A DNA stretch of 64,000 nt from Anaeromyxobacteraceae bacterium. GTDB taxonomy: Bacteria > Myxococcota > Myxococcia > Myxococcales > Anaeromyxobacteraceae. The notes beneath the pieces are model-generated. The model ran no database searches. It saw only the letters and a program-made list of their open reading frames with translations, and was not told the origin of the DNA. Positions 50,646 to 58,408 of this stretch are shown here, piece by piece. The position numbers and the translations under genes were made by a program. Every line of letters starts with the position of its first letter. Position 1 is the stretch's first letter. Where the stretch lies: contig JAULAX010000015.1 of NCBI GenBank assembly GCA_032654565.1, forward strand, positions 320,001-384,000, written 5' to 3'.

Positions 50646-50790
50646 CCTCCCCCTCCGCGATCTTCAGGGGAGTTCCGGGCCAGCGCCTCGCAGCACGCTC
50701 CACGCCACGACGATCCAGATCGTGTGCCTATCCGGGTGGCTCCACCGCCCGCGCTCCGCTATCGTCCGGGGTCATGGGAGGTTCGCAGCC

Positions 50791-51012
50791 GTGCGCCATC
50801 GCCACCTGAACCACGAAGACCTCACCCCTGCTGCGATCGATGACATCATCGACCGCGGCCGATGGGCCGACTGGGGTGAGCTTCGGGTCGCGGCGCTCGA
50901 CTCGCCCGAGGTGCTGAGGACCATCGTGCGGGTGTGCGAGCCACGCATCCAGGACCCCTACGCCCAGCGTCACCACTTCTGGAGGCTCTATGCCCAAGCC
51001 CGCCTTGCCTGA
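50791..51012 (+). CDS. Small putative antitoxin (73 aa)
   Basis: GGAG RBS and GTG start; AIDDIIDRG..ADW...HFW; overlaps the downstream NTase. Confidence 0.7.
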   Translation: MRHRHLNHEDLTPAAIDDIIDRGRWADWGELRVAALDSPEVLRTIVRVCEPRIQDPYAQRHHFWRLYAQARLA

Positions 51013-51727
51013 GTGGGAGGATGTCCTCTCGGCCGCGGCACGCTTGCAGGAGATCCTGCCGGAAGCCGTGCTCGTGGGCGGCACCGGCGCGGCGCTGCAC
51101 GTTGGCCATCGCATCTCCGTGGATGGCGACCACGTCCTGACGGACCTCCGCTCGCACTTTGATGAAGTCCTGGCGCAACTCGAGAGCGTGGCGGGATGGA
51201 AGACCGCCCGGGTTCAGAGGCCCGTTCAGATTCTCGGGAGCCTGGACGGGATCGACACGGGGGTTCGGCAACTCCTTCGGACCGAGCCCCTGGAGACGAC
51301 CGAGATCGAGCTCCAGGGGCAAAGGATCCGGGTTCCGACAGAGCCCGAGATGCTGCGCATCAAGGGTGTGTTGATTCTCAAGCGGAACTCCACGCGGGAC
51401 TACCTCGACTTCGTGGCCATCGCGGACCACCTTGGGGATGAGCGGAGTGCAGACGCACTTCGGTCGTTCGACCGGCTCTATCCGCAGGCGTCGGGTGAGT
51501 CGGCTCTTCATCAACTCCACGTTCAGTTGGCGACTCCGTTGCCCTTCGACCTGTCGAAGACGAAGCTCCCGGAGTACAAGCACCTGGCCGTGCGGTGGCA
51601 GAACTGGGAGGCGGTCACCGATCGAGCCGCGAAGCTCGCCAGGACCCTCTTCGACAAGTTGGCAGTGGCGCCGCCGGGGCGGGCCCCGCAGCGGCCACCC
51701 CGGGGGCGCGGAGGGCCGGGTCTCTAA
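50990..51727 (+). CDS. AbiEii-like nucleotidyltransferase toxin
   Basis: LVGGTGAALHVGHRISVDGD, MLRIK, RDYLD. Confidence 0.82.
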   Translation: MPKPALPEWEDVLSAAARLQEILPEAVLVGGTGAALHVGHRISVDGDHVLTDLRSHFDEVLAQLESVAGWKTARVQRPVQILGSLDGIDTGVRQLLRTEPLETTEIELQGQRIRVPTEPEMLRIKGVLILKRNSTRDYLDFVAIADHLGDERSADALRSFDRLYPQASGESALHQLHVQLATPLPFDLSKTKLPEYKHLAVRWQNWEAVTDRAAKLARTLFDKLAVAPPGRAPQRPPRGRGGPGL

Positions 51728-51737
51728 GCCCGTCGGG

Positions 51738-51786
51738 CCCGGCGCGCACATCTGCGCCGCCTCGCCGGACCCTCACCGCCGCGCTC
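51738..51786. repeat. Array junction repeat R1, copy 2
   Basis: Identical core extended by tcaccgccgcgctc. Confidence 0.92.
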
Positions 51787-52066
51787 ACCCGAAGAGCTCG
51801 GAGTGCGACCCGAGTCGCACCAGCTGGAGCGTCACCTCGTCCGGCTTCCGATAGATGAGCACCAGATCCGGCCGCAGGTGGCAGTCCCGGTGATCGCTCC
51901 ACTCGCCCGAGAGCTGGTGGTCCCGGGACGCGGTTGGCAGCGGCCGGTCGCCCGCCAGCAGCGTCACGACATCGTGAAGGAGCGTGTCCAGTCGCCGACC
52001 GTGGACGCCGGCGCGCTCGCGCTTCCAGTCCCGCCGGAACGCCCTGGTGTGCTCAATCGTCCGCAT
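51785..52066 (-). CDS. yafQ: YafQ-family mRNA interferase toxin
   Basis: RDHQLSGEW..HRDCHLRPDLVLIY, RLGSHSELF. Confidence 0.93.
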   Translation of the reverse strand: MRTIEHTRAFRRDWKRERAGVHGRRLDTLLHDVVTLLAGDRPLPTASRDHQLSGEWSDHRDCHLRPDLVLIYRKPDEVTLQLVRLGSHSELFG

Positions 52067-52325
52067 CCAGGTCGGCCATCAAGTCCTTGACCGTGGCGTG
52101 GGCCTTGAGGCCGCCGCGGCGCGCTTCCTTCATGGCCGCCCGGGTCGCGGGGTTGGGGACACGCAGCTCGAACGGGAGCGCCTGCTCGGCCGCCACCCGG
52201 GTGAGCAACACCCGGACGGCGTCGGAGATCGACAGCCCCATCGCCGCCAGGGCCTTCTCGGCCCGGGCCTTCATCTTCTCGTCCACCCTGACGTGGACCA
52301 TCGCCGTGGTCGCCATGAGTGACAT
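52053..52325 (-). CDS. dinJ: RelB/DinJ antitoxin
   Basis: VHVRVD..K..A...L..MGLSISDAVR, LPFELRVPN..T..AM.E. Confidence 0.92.
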   Translation of the reverse strand: MSLMATTAMVHVRVDEKMKARAEKALAAMGLSISDAVRVLLTRVAAEQALPFELRVPNPATRAAMKEARRGGLKAHATVKDLMADLDADD

Positions 52326-52439
52326 TGTATCTCACGTGACCCGACCGGTCGAGTTGAGACGGCCGGGCCGCAGGCCCGGGTCCAGGCCGGCCTCCGCGCC
52401 GGGGTCGGCGGCACGGCCCGCGCCGGGCACCATGCCCGG

Positions 52440-52486
52440 GTCCGCAACCGCCGCGATCTGGAGCGATACGCTCATTCCCGCTGGGA
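52440..52486 (-). repeat. Copy of the 5' end of the HNH gene
   Basis: 47 bp, 2 mismatches to 49593-49639; looser similarity extends to about 52370. Confidence 0.88.
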
Positions 52487-52547
52487 CGTCGGCGCCGGGC
52501 AGTTCAGCGACCGCTCCTGGGCCTCCTGGCACTACCGGCTCGGCCTC
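52484..52547 (+). repeat. Repeat R4 copy 1: 3' remnant of a gene (AGQFSDRSWASWHYRLGL)
   Basis: 64 bp, 4 mismatches to 58177-58240. Confidence 0.88.
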
Positions 52548-52573
52548 TCCGGGCTGGAGCATGTCCCTCCGCT

Positions 52574-52615
52574 CCCGGCGCGCACATCTGCGCCGCCTCG
52601 CCGGACCCTCACCGC
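52574..52615. repeat. Array junction repeat R1, copy 3
   Basis: cccggcgcgcacatctgcgccgcctcgccggaccctcaccgc. Confidence 0.92.
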
Positions 52616-52790
52616 GCCGCTTTCAACCGACGCAGGAGCTCGTCCGGCGAAATGCCCTTGCCGTTGGCGATCTCCTCCTCGGCCATGGCGAGCGCCGCGT
52701 GCAGCTGGGTGCGGTCCACGTCCGACATCACCTCGAAGGGGTCGCGGCCGTCGACACCTGCCGTCACCCCGCCCCGATACTCACCCGCGT
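52609..52790 (-). pseudogene. 3' remnant of a small ParD-like antitoxin
   Basis: ...LHAALAMAEEEIANGKGISPDELLRRLKAAR*; the stop overlaps GTG-AGG-GTC-CGG (MRVR), a possible truncated toxin start. Confidence 0.45.
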
Positions 52791-52798
52791 TTCCGCCC

Positions 52799-53797
52799 TC
52801 AGAACCCAAGCACCGCCTCCCTGAACTGCTGCGCGACGTCCTCACCGCGGCGCTCTCCCAGGGCATCGAGATAGATGCGCACCTGCGGCGCCACGCGGAT
52901 GCTGTCACGCTCCTCCGTCAGCCCGGTCCCGACCCGCCCGGTGTCGCGCAGGAGCCTGAGGTTCGCGCCGCGCTCGGTCGGCCTGGCGCCGAGCGTCGCG
53001 GCGACGGTCTCGAGGCGCAGGTCGGGATCGATCCGCACCGCGGAAGTCAGCACGTTGGAGGGGCCGAAGCCGAACAGCGCAGCCGCGGCCCCTCCGGTGA
53101 GGGCATGCCGAACGCCAGCCCCGGCCAGCTTGCCCTCCACCAGCGCCCAGAGCTCCTCGGGACGCCTGGCGTAGACCGCGACATCGAGCCGCTGCTCCGC
53201 CCGCCGGGCCACGGGCTGGGCCTGGAGCCAGTCGAGGAGCGCCGTGCGGTCGGCGACCAGCCGCCGGCGCGAGGGGCCGGTGCCGGTGGACTGGACCAGG
53301 CCGCTCGCCTCGAGGAGCTCGAGCACCGAGTGGGTCTGGGAGAGCGACAGGGAGACCCGGGTGGCGAGCCCGGAAACCGAGACCGGTCCAGCGTTGACGA
53401 GGAGCGCCTGGATGGCCCGGACCCCGTGCGCCCCAAGCCCGGCGGCCCGCTCGCGGCTGGCCCCTGGACTGGCCTCGACGTGGATGACGCCGGCGCCCGA
53501 GACCAGGTGCAGGTTTCCCCTGCTGTCGAGGTAGCCGGCCTCACTGGCCTCGAGCAGGCTCCTGGCGCGCCTGGGGATCAACGAGCCGACCACCAGGGTC
53601 CCTGGCCGTGGGGGGAGGCGGGCGATGAAGTCCCGCAGCTCGGTGTCGCCGAGCGCGGCTGGAAGCGGGTGGAGTGTCAGCGGATGGCGCCGACCCTTGA
53701 AGACCAGCGAGGGCTGGTCGGCCGCGCCCACCTGCAGCCACTCGCGGGGCGTCACCCATCGCAGGTACCTGGCTGGAAGTTCGAGTCGAATCGGCAT
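52799..53797 (-). CDS. AbiEi-like (type IV TA antitoxin/wHTH) protein without its partner
   Basis: GYLDSRGNLHL, HTH, ALLDW, ALTG..AA, ANLRL, QVRIYLD..ERRGEDVA. Confidence 0.72.
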   Translation of the reverse strand: MPIRLELPARYLRWVTPREWLQVGAADQPSLVFKGRRHPLTLHPLPAALGDTELRDFIARLPPRPGTLVVGSLIPRRARSLLEASEAGYLDSRGNLHLVSGAGVIHVEASPGASRERAAGLGAHGVRAIQALLVNAGPVSVSGLATRVSLSLSQTHSVLELLEASGLVQSTGTGPSRRRLVADRTALLDWLQAQPVARRAEQRLDVAVYARRPEELWALVEGKLAGAGVRHALTGGAAAALFGFGPSNVLTSAVRIDPDLRLETVAATLGARPTERGANLRLLRDTGRVGTGLTEERDSIRVAPQVRIYLDALGERRGEDVAQQFREAVLGF

Positions 53798-53887
53798 GAG
53801 GCCCGTCGCTGATTTTCGCTGCTGACCAACTTTCGCCAGCTGCCGAAACAAACTCTATAACGAAAGACAGCCAGCATCAACCCGGCC

Positions 53888-54145
53888 TTGCAGCTCAAGG
53901 AAGTCGGGGCCGCCGTCGAGGCCGAGCTGCTGGAGATGAACCTGGCCGCCCTGCGCGCCCACCTCAAGAAGACACAGGTCCAGCTCGCCAAGGCGGCGAA
54001 GATGTCACAGCCCGAGGTCTCCGCGGCCGAGAGGCGAGCCGACCACCTGGTCTCTACCCTTCGGCGCTACGTCAAGGCGCTGGGCGGCGAGCTCGAGGTC
54101 AACGCCAAGTTCGGCGACATGAGGATCGAGCTCAAGGGCGTCTGA
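53888..54145 (+). CDS. XRE/HigA-like HTH antitoxin, probably 5'-truncated, no toxin
   Basis: LAALR...TQVQLA....SQPEVS..E.R.D..VSTLRRYVKALGGELEV.AKF. Confidence 0.75.
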   Translation: MQLKEVGAAVEAELLEMNLAALRAHLKKTQVQLAKAAKMSQPEVSAAERRADHLVSTLRRYVKALGGELEVNAKFGDMRIELKGV

Positions 54146-54246
54146 TCGAGGTCCCGGCGTCCTCTTCCTGGAGCCGCCTTACCGACCGATCGCCCGGAGC
54201 GCACGCCGCGTCGAGGAGAGCAGGGCCCGCTCGGGTTGAGGTCATG

Positions 54247-55449
54247 TCAAGTGCTCCCACGCTTCGCTCCAGCGACTCCCAGCCCCGGCATGGACCTCCG
54301 CATGAACTCATCGAACATGGGCACGGTGAACGCAGTGTCACCGTGCTGCGGGCTATAGACCATGCCCTTCTTGATGAGCTTGTCCCGAAGAGGCGCCGCC
54401 GCCGAGACCTTGAGCCGGAGCTTCGCGGCGATCTCGCCAGAACGATGAGGCCCCGGCCCCAGCTCAGCCATGGCGCGGGCGTAATCACGCTCGCGCGGCG
54501 TGAGACGATCGAGTCGTACTCGGAAGAAGCCCTTGTCCAGGGCCCTGAGCGCCCTCCCCGACGCCAAGCGAGCATCCTCGCCCGAGATGGGAGAAGCGGC
54601 GCTCACGTCCCAAGCGTGGAAGCCCCACTCCTGGAGGAAATACGGGTACCCCCTGGTCCGCCTGATGACCTCGTCCAGCGCCTCATCGGTGATCTCGACA
54701 CCCTCTCTCCGAACCGGGGCCGCGATGGCTTCCCGGGCGGCCGAGGCGGAGAGCGGACCGACATCCGGAAAGTCGAACAGCCGCTCGGCGTAGGACTTCG
54801 CCTCACCCGCCAGCCCCGCAAGCTGCGGGAGGCCGGCACCGAAGAAGACCAGGGGCAGACCACGCTGCGTCACCCGGTGCAGGGAGACGATCAGCGCCGC
54901 CAGGTCGGTTTCGGAGAGGTACTGAACCTCATCGATGAAGAGCGCGACGGCCGTTCCCGCCTCCTTGGCCGCGACCGCAACTGCAACCAGCACCTCGGTG
55001 AGATCCGCGGGCAGGTAGCCCGTGTCCGCTGCGCCAAGCTCCGGTTCGATGGTGAATTCGACGTCGCCGACCTTGACCTTGAACGCCCTTGCGAAGGAGC
55101 GGAGGACGGCGAGGCCACGCCGCGCCACGTCCCTGCCCTGGGCCAAGCGGCTCATCTTGAAGAGCAGCTGCCGGAGCGGCGGAACCAGCATGTCGGCCAA
55201 ACGCCTCTCCTCCGGCGCTTCAAGCAACACAGGTTGGGACCCGGCACCTTCCGCGATGCCTGCGATCCTGTTGAGGAGCACGGTCTTGCCGACTCCCCGA
55301 AGTCCAAGAAGCAACTGGCTCCTTGCTGGGCGCCCGCACCTGGCGCGAGCAAGCGCCACGGTGGCGCTGGAGATGATCTCCTCCCGCCCAGCCAGTTCAG
55401 GCGGCTCGGTTCCGGCTCCTGGAGCAAACGGGTTGGCGGTCGGATCCAT
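54247..55449 (-). CDS. AAA-type P-loop ATPase with a C-terminal winged helix
   Basis: NPFAPGAG, GLRGVGKT (Walker A), LFIDE (Walker B), GYPYFLQ. Confidence 0.88.
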   Translation of the reverse strand: MDPTANPFAPGAGTEPPELAGREEIISSATVALARARCGRPARSQLLLGLRGVGKTVLLNRIAGIAEGAGSQPVLLEAPEERRLADMLVPPLRQLLFKMSRLAQGRDVARRGLAVLRSFARAFKVKVGDVEFTIEPELGAADTGYLPADLTEVLVAVAVAAKEAGTAVALFIDEVQYLSETDLAALIVSLHRVTQRGLPLVFFGAGLPQLAGLAGEAKSYAERLFDFPDVGPLSASAAREAIAAPVRREGVEITDEALDEVIRRTRGYPYFLQEWGFHAWDVSAASPISGEDARLASGRALRALDKGFFRVRLDRLTPRERDYARAMAELGPGPHRSGEIAAKLRLKVSAAAPLRDKLIKKGMVYSPQHGDTAFTVPMFDEFMRRSMPGLGVAGAKRGST

Positions 55450-55519
55450 GCTCGAGTTAAGCGCCTATATGAAGGTTACTAATCTTATCTGGCACTACGG
55501 TAACATCAATAATATCGGA

Positions 55520-55876
55520 CTACTTACCCCTCGGCTTCCGCCCCTTCCGCACGGCCCTGCGCAGCGCCGCCGTCGGTCGCGGTGGGTTGGCGACCGCCTC
55601 GGCGGCCATCGAGAACTCCCGCGCGCCGAGCGTCAGCCGCTCCCGGCTGGCCGTCCACTCCATCTGGCTCAGCGCCGGGGTGGAGAGCTGGCTGATGACC
55701 CGCTGGGTCTCGGCGTCGATGATCGCCATGCGCCGCCCGCGTCGGGCCTCGGCCAGGCTGGTGAAGAGCAGGGCGAGCGCCTCCTCGATGATGGCGCTCT
55801 TCGACATCTGGAGCTCTTCGGCCAGCTCCGCCAGCTGCTGGGCGCGGGGGTCTGGAAGGGTGGTCTCGATGCGCAT
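55520..55876 (-). CDS. RHH/DUF1778 (TacA-like) antitoxin, GNAT partner absent
   Basis: RHH-like MSKSAIIEEAL; C-terminal RLTL..REF......NPPRPTAALRRA. Confidence 0.7.
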   Translation of the reverse strand: MRIETTLPDPRAQQLAELAEELQMSKSAIIEEALALLFTSLAEARRGRRMAIIDAETQRVISQLSTPALSQMEWTASRERLTLGAREFSMAAEAVANPPRPTAALRRAVRKGRKPRGK

Positions 55877-55975
55877 GCCGGGCTCCGGGGAAGTGAGGGC
55901 AAAGTGAGTATCTCCCCCGGGCCTGACATTGTCCATCCCCCGGACCTCTCCAGCTCCTCCATCCTCCGCCGCCCC

Positions 55976-56128
55976 CGCGCACATCTGCGCCGCCTCGCCG
56001 GACCCTCACCGCCGCGCTCGCGCTTCCAGTCCCGCCGGAACGCCCAGGTGTGCTCAATCGTCCGCATCCAGGTCGGCCATCACGTCCTTGACCGTGGCGT
56101 GGGCCTTGAGGCCGCCGCGGCGTGCTTC
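55976..56128. repeat. R1 copy 4 fused to an internally deleted yafQ/dinJ fragment
   Basis: Matches about 51744-51786 joined to 52012-52128 through CGCGCTC. Confidence 0.92.
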
Positions 56129-56129
56129 G

Positions 56130-56924
56130 TTACATCCGCTCCTTGAAGACCGCTGAGACCGTACGCACCACATGCTTGGCGACCATGGCGCCGTCGTCGG
56201 GTGAGTAGCCCGGCAGCAGCTTCAGGACTCGCTGCACCCCGGGCGAGCGCTCCGAGCCAAAGTGCTCCCGAAGCCGGCCGAGGATTGACTCATCCCGAGG
56301 GTCCCTGAGCGCCGCGGCGATGAGCGCCGGCGTCTTGAGGTGGATGTACCCGTAGATGTCGAGCGCGTCCTTCGCCTTGTGCTGCTCCTGACGCATGGCG
56401 TCGGTGCGGTCGAAGTTGTCCAGCTTCATCCGAAGGAAGTCGGCAGGATGGGGCAGCTTGATCCGAAGCTCCCTTCCTTGGACCGGCACCACGACCTCTC
56501 GGGCGCGATCCAGAATCCGCTGGCCGTCCTCGACGGGGGTCATCTGTGTCACAGGGTCCTTGTGGCCCACTGGGATGAAGAGGTCGAGCTCCATGACCCC
56601 TCCTGCCAGGGCCTTGGCCCACTTGAACGCCCTTCCCGTTCGCCGGAACCCGCACTCCCGCAACGTGACGGGAAGCTGGTCCCACAAGGCCGACTCCTCG
56701 ATGGAGGGGGGATCCACCAACAGGTCCGGCTCCATCGAGAACGGTCGCTGTATCCGCTGGCCGGTGTCGGTCTCCACCTGGAAGACGGCAGGCGCCCCTG
56801 CCGCCATCTGCTCAATGGCCAGGACCTGGCCGCCGATGAGCACCGCGTCGTTCAGGTAGTCCATGCGGTTCCTGACGACGGCCAGTTCTAGAAGTATGGC
56901 CTCGAACAGCGCCTGGTCGCTCAC
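56130..56924 (-). CDS. Divergent nucleotidyltransferase-fold protein (putative type IV toxin)
   Basis: VLIGG, SMEPDL, ELDLF, LRMK, KDALD; GTGA overlap with the upstream gene. Confidence 0.6.
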   Translation of the reverse strand: MSDQALFEAILLELAVVRNRMDYLNDAVLIGGQVLAIEQMAAGAPAVFQVETDTGQRIQRPFSMEPDLLVDPPSIEESALWDQLPVTLRECGFRRTGRAFKWAKALAGGVMELDLFIPVGHKDPVTQMTPVEDGQRILDRAREVVVPVQGRELRIKLPHPADFLRMKLDNFDRTDAMRQEQHKAKDALDIYGYIHLKTPALIAAALRDPRDESILGRLREHFGSERSPGVQRVLKLLPGYSPDDGAMVAKHVVRTVSAVFKERM

Positions 56925-58036
56925 ACCACCCCCACCCCAAGCGGCAGTTGCTTCGTGAAGACGTCCACCACCCGCTCCATCGCATCGAGGCCGCGCGCCG
57001 GCCCCGAGGCGACGTCCACCGCCAACTGGGCAAGAGAAACGCCCGAACCAACATCCAACTCGCGCGCCCCCTCCTCGACGCCGCCGGGCCCGAGGTCCGC
57101 TCGCGGATCACCGCGAAAGACCCAGAAGTTGTGCGGAGTCGTGTCTTCGAGGCCGAGAGCCTCCCCGAACACGCCGATGTCACCAGACACATAGGCTCCG
57201 TGCGGAAGCCCGGCGACGATCACTTCCTCGGGGCGGAGCCCACTCGCGAGCGTGAAGTGGACTCGAACGCCGGCTTCGCGCGCCTTGGCCGCAGCTCGAG
57301 CCAGGGCCTCCGGGCGCGTGTTCGGAGCGTAGAACCGCGCGATGCTCGCCGACGCCCCTTCCGGACTCGTCGCCCACGCCCGAAGCAGTGCGGACGCGTC
57401 CCGGGTGGCGTACCCGCCGCGAGGAGACGGCCGCTCGACGTAGCTTTCGCTCTCGAGTCGCCCAAGCACACGGTAAGCGAAGGCGAAACTCACTCCCGCG
57501 GCGTCGGCGATGGCCTTCACCGGGAACCGCTGTCCAGGATGCACCAGAAGCGTGCGCACGACCCTCCGGGCACGGCCGCTGAAGAGGCTCACTCGCTTGT
57601 CTCGGCGAGCACCCGAAGCCCCAACGACGTGAACGAACAGGGGGCCTTGGTGGAGGACGACCGTCCCCGTCCGGTCCAAGACGCCGAGACCCTCGCGAGT
57701 ACAGAGTTCAACCACAGACCGAGACGCAACATCCGCAGCGAGAACCGGCAGCAGCGGCGCAGTGCGCCCTCGAAGGCGCAACTGCTCCGCGACCCCAGCG
57801 AGCAGGGCCTTGACCTTGAGTGCGTCATGTGGGGTTGGAGCCGATCGATAGGCGACCAGCAAGGCGACCGCTACTCCGGGCGTCTTCAGCGTCCCGATGT
57901 CGATGGTGCTCTCGCCCCCTCGGCCCCGGCGCGGGACCACCAGCGTCTCCTGGTGCTGGAGCAGCAGGCCAGAGGGCAGGGGCGGCGGCACCGTCCAGAA
58001 GGCCCCCCTCCCAGTATCTGTATCTGTCTTGCGCAT
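56921..58036 (-). CDS. AbiEi-like wHTH protein (putative type IV antitoxin)
   Basis: GVLDRTG, LFSGRARRVVRTLL, HTH, LLRAW, VSLAQLAVD. Confidence 0.65.
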   Translation of the reverse strand: MRKTDTDTGRGAFWTVPPPLPSGLLLQHQETLVVPRRGRGGESTIDIGTLKTPGVAVALLVAYRSAPTPHDALKVKALLAGVAEQLRLRGRTAPLLPVLAADVASRSVVELCTREGLGVLDRTGTVVLHQGPLFVHVVGASGARRDKRVSLFSGRARRVVRTLLVHPGQRFPVKAIADAAGVSFAFAYRVLGRLESESYVERPSPRGGYATRDASALLRAWATSPEGASASIARFYAPNTRPEALARAAAKAREAGVRVHFTLASGLRPEEVIVAGLPHGAYVSGDIGVFGEALGLEDTTPHNFWVFRGDPRADLGPGGVEEGARELDVGSGVSLAQLAVDVASGPARGLDAMERVVDVFTKQLPLGVGVV

Positions 58037-58176
58037 TACGGGTAATATTAACCACTCAAACCTGAATTGACAAATGCAACGGCCTCGATGTCTATCAATA
58101 TCACCCGCATAAGGAAAATACGAGATCCCCGGTGGAGCAGACCGGACAGGCACCGACATGCGATGCACACGTCAGG

Positions 58177-58240
58177 GGACGCCGACGCCGGGCAGTTCAG
58201 CGACCGCTCTCGGGCCTCCTGGCACTACCGGCTCGGCCTC
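58177..58240 (+). repeat. Repeat R4 copy 2
   Basis: Matches 52484-52547. Confidence 0.88.
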
Positions 58241-58408
58241 GCCCTCCGTCCGGCCTCCCGCCCCCTCCCCCCGCGCGCGGTCCGTCACCCATCGCGGCCC
58301 CCCGCACCCCCCACCTCTTCCTTGGACTTCACCCCCCCGGATCCACTAATGTTTCCCTCCTTTAGCGCCTGAGCGTCCGCGTCCGCGGGCCGCCGTGGGG
58401 GAAGCCGG

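Noticed and set aside
50611..56019. R1 repeats as a CRISPR array
   Set aside because: Spacing is 0.8-3.4 kb with whole genes in between, and there are no cas genes.
49790..58240. Classical integron or IS-built composite element
   Set aside because: No tyrosine recombinase or transposase, no RYYYAAC..GTTRRRY attC pattern, no terminal inverted repeats or target duplications seen.
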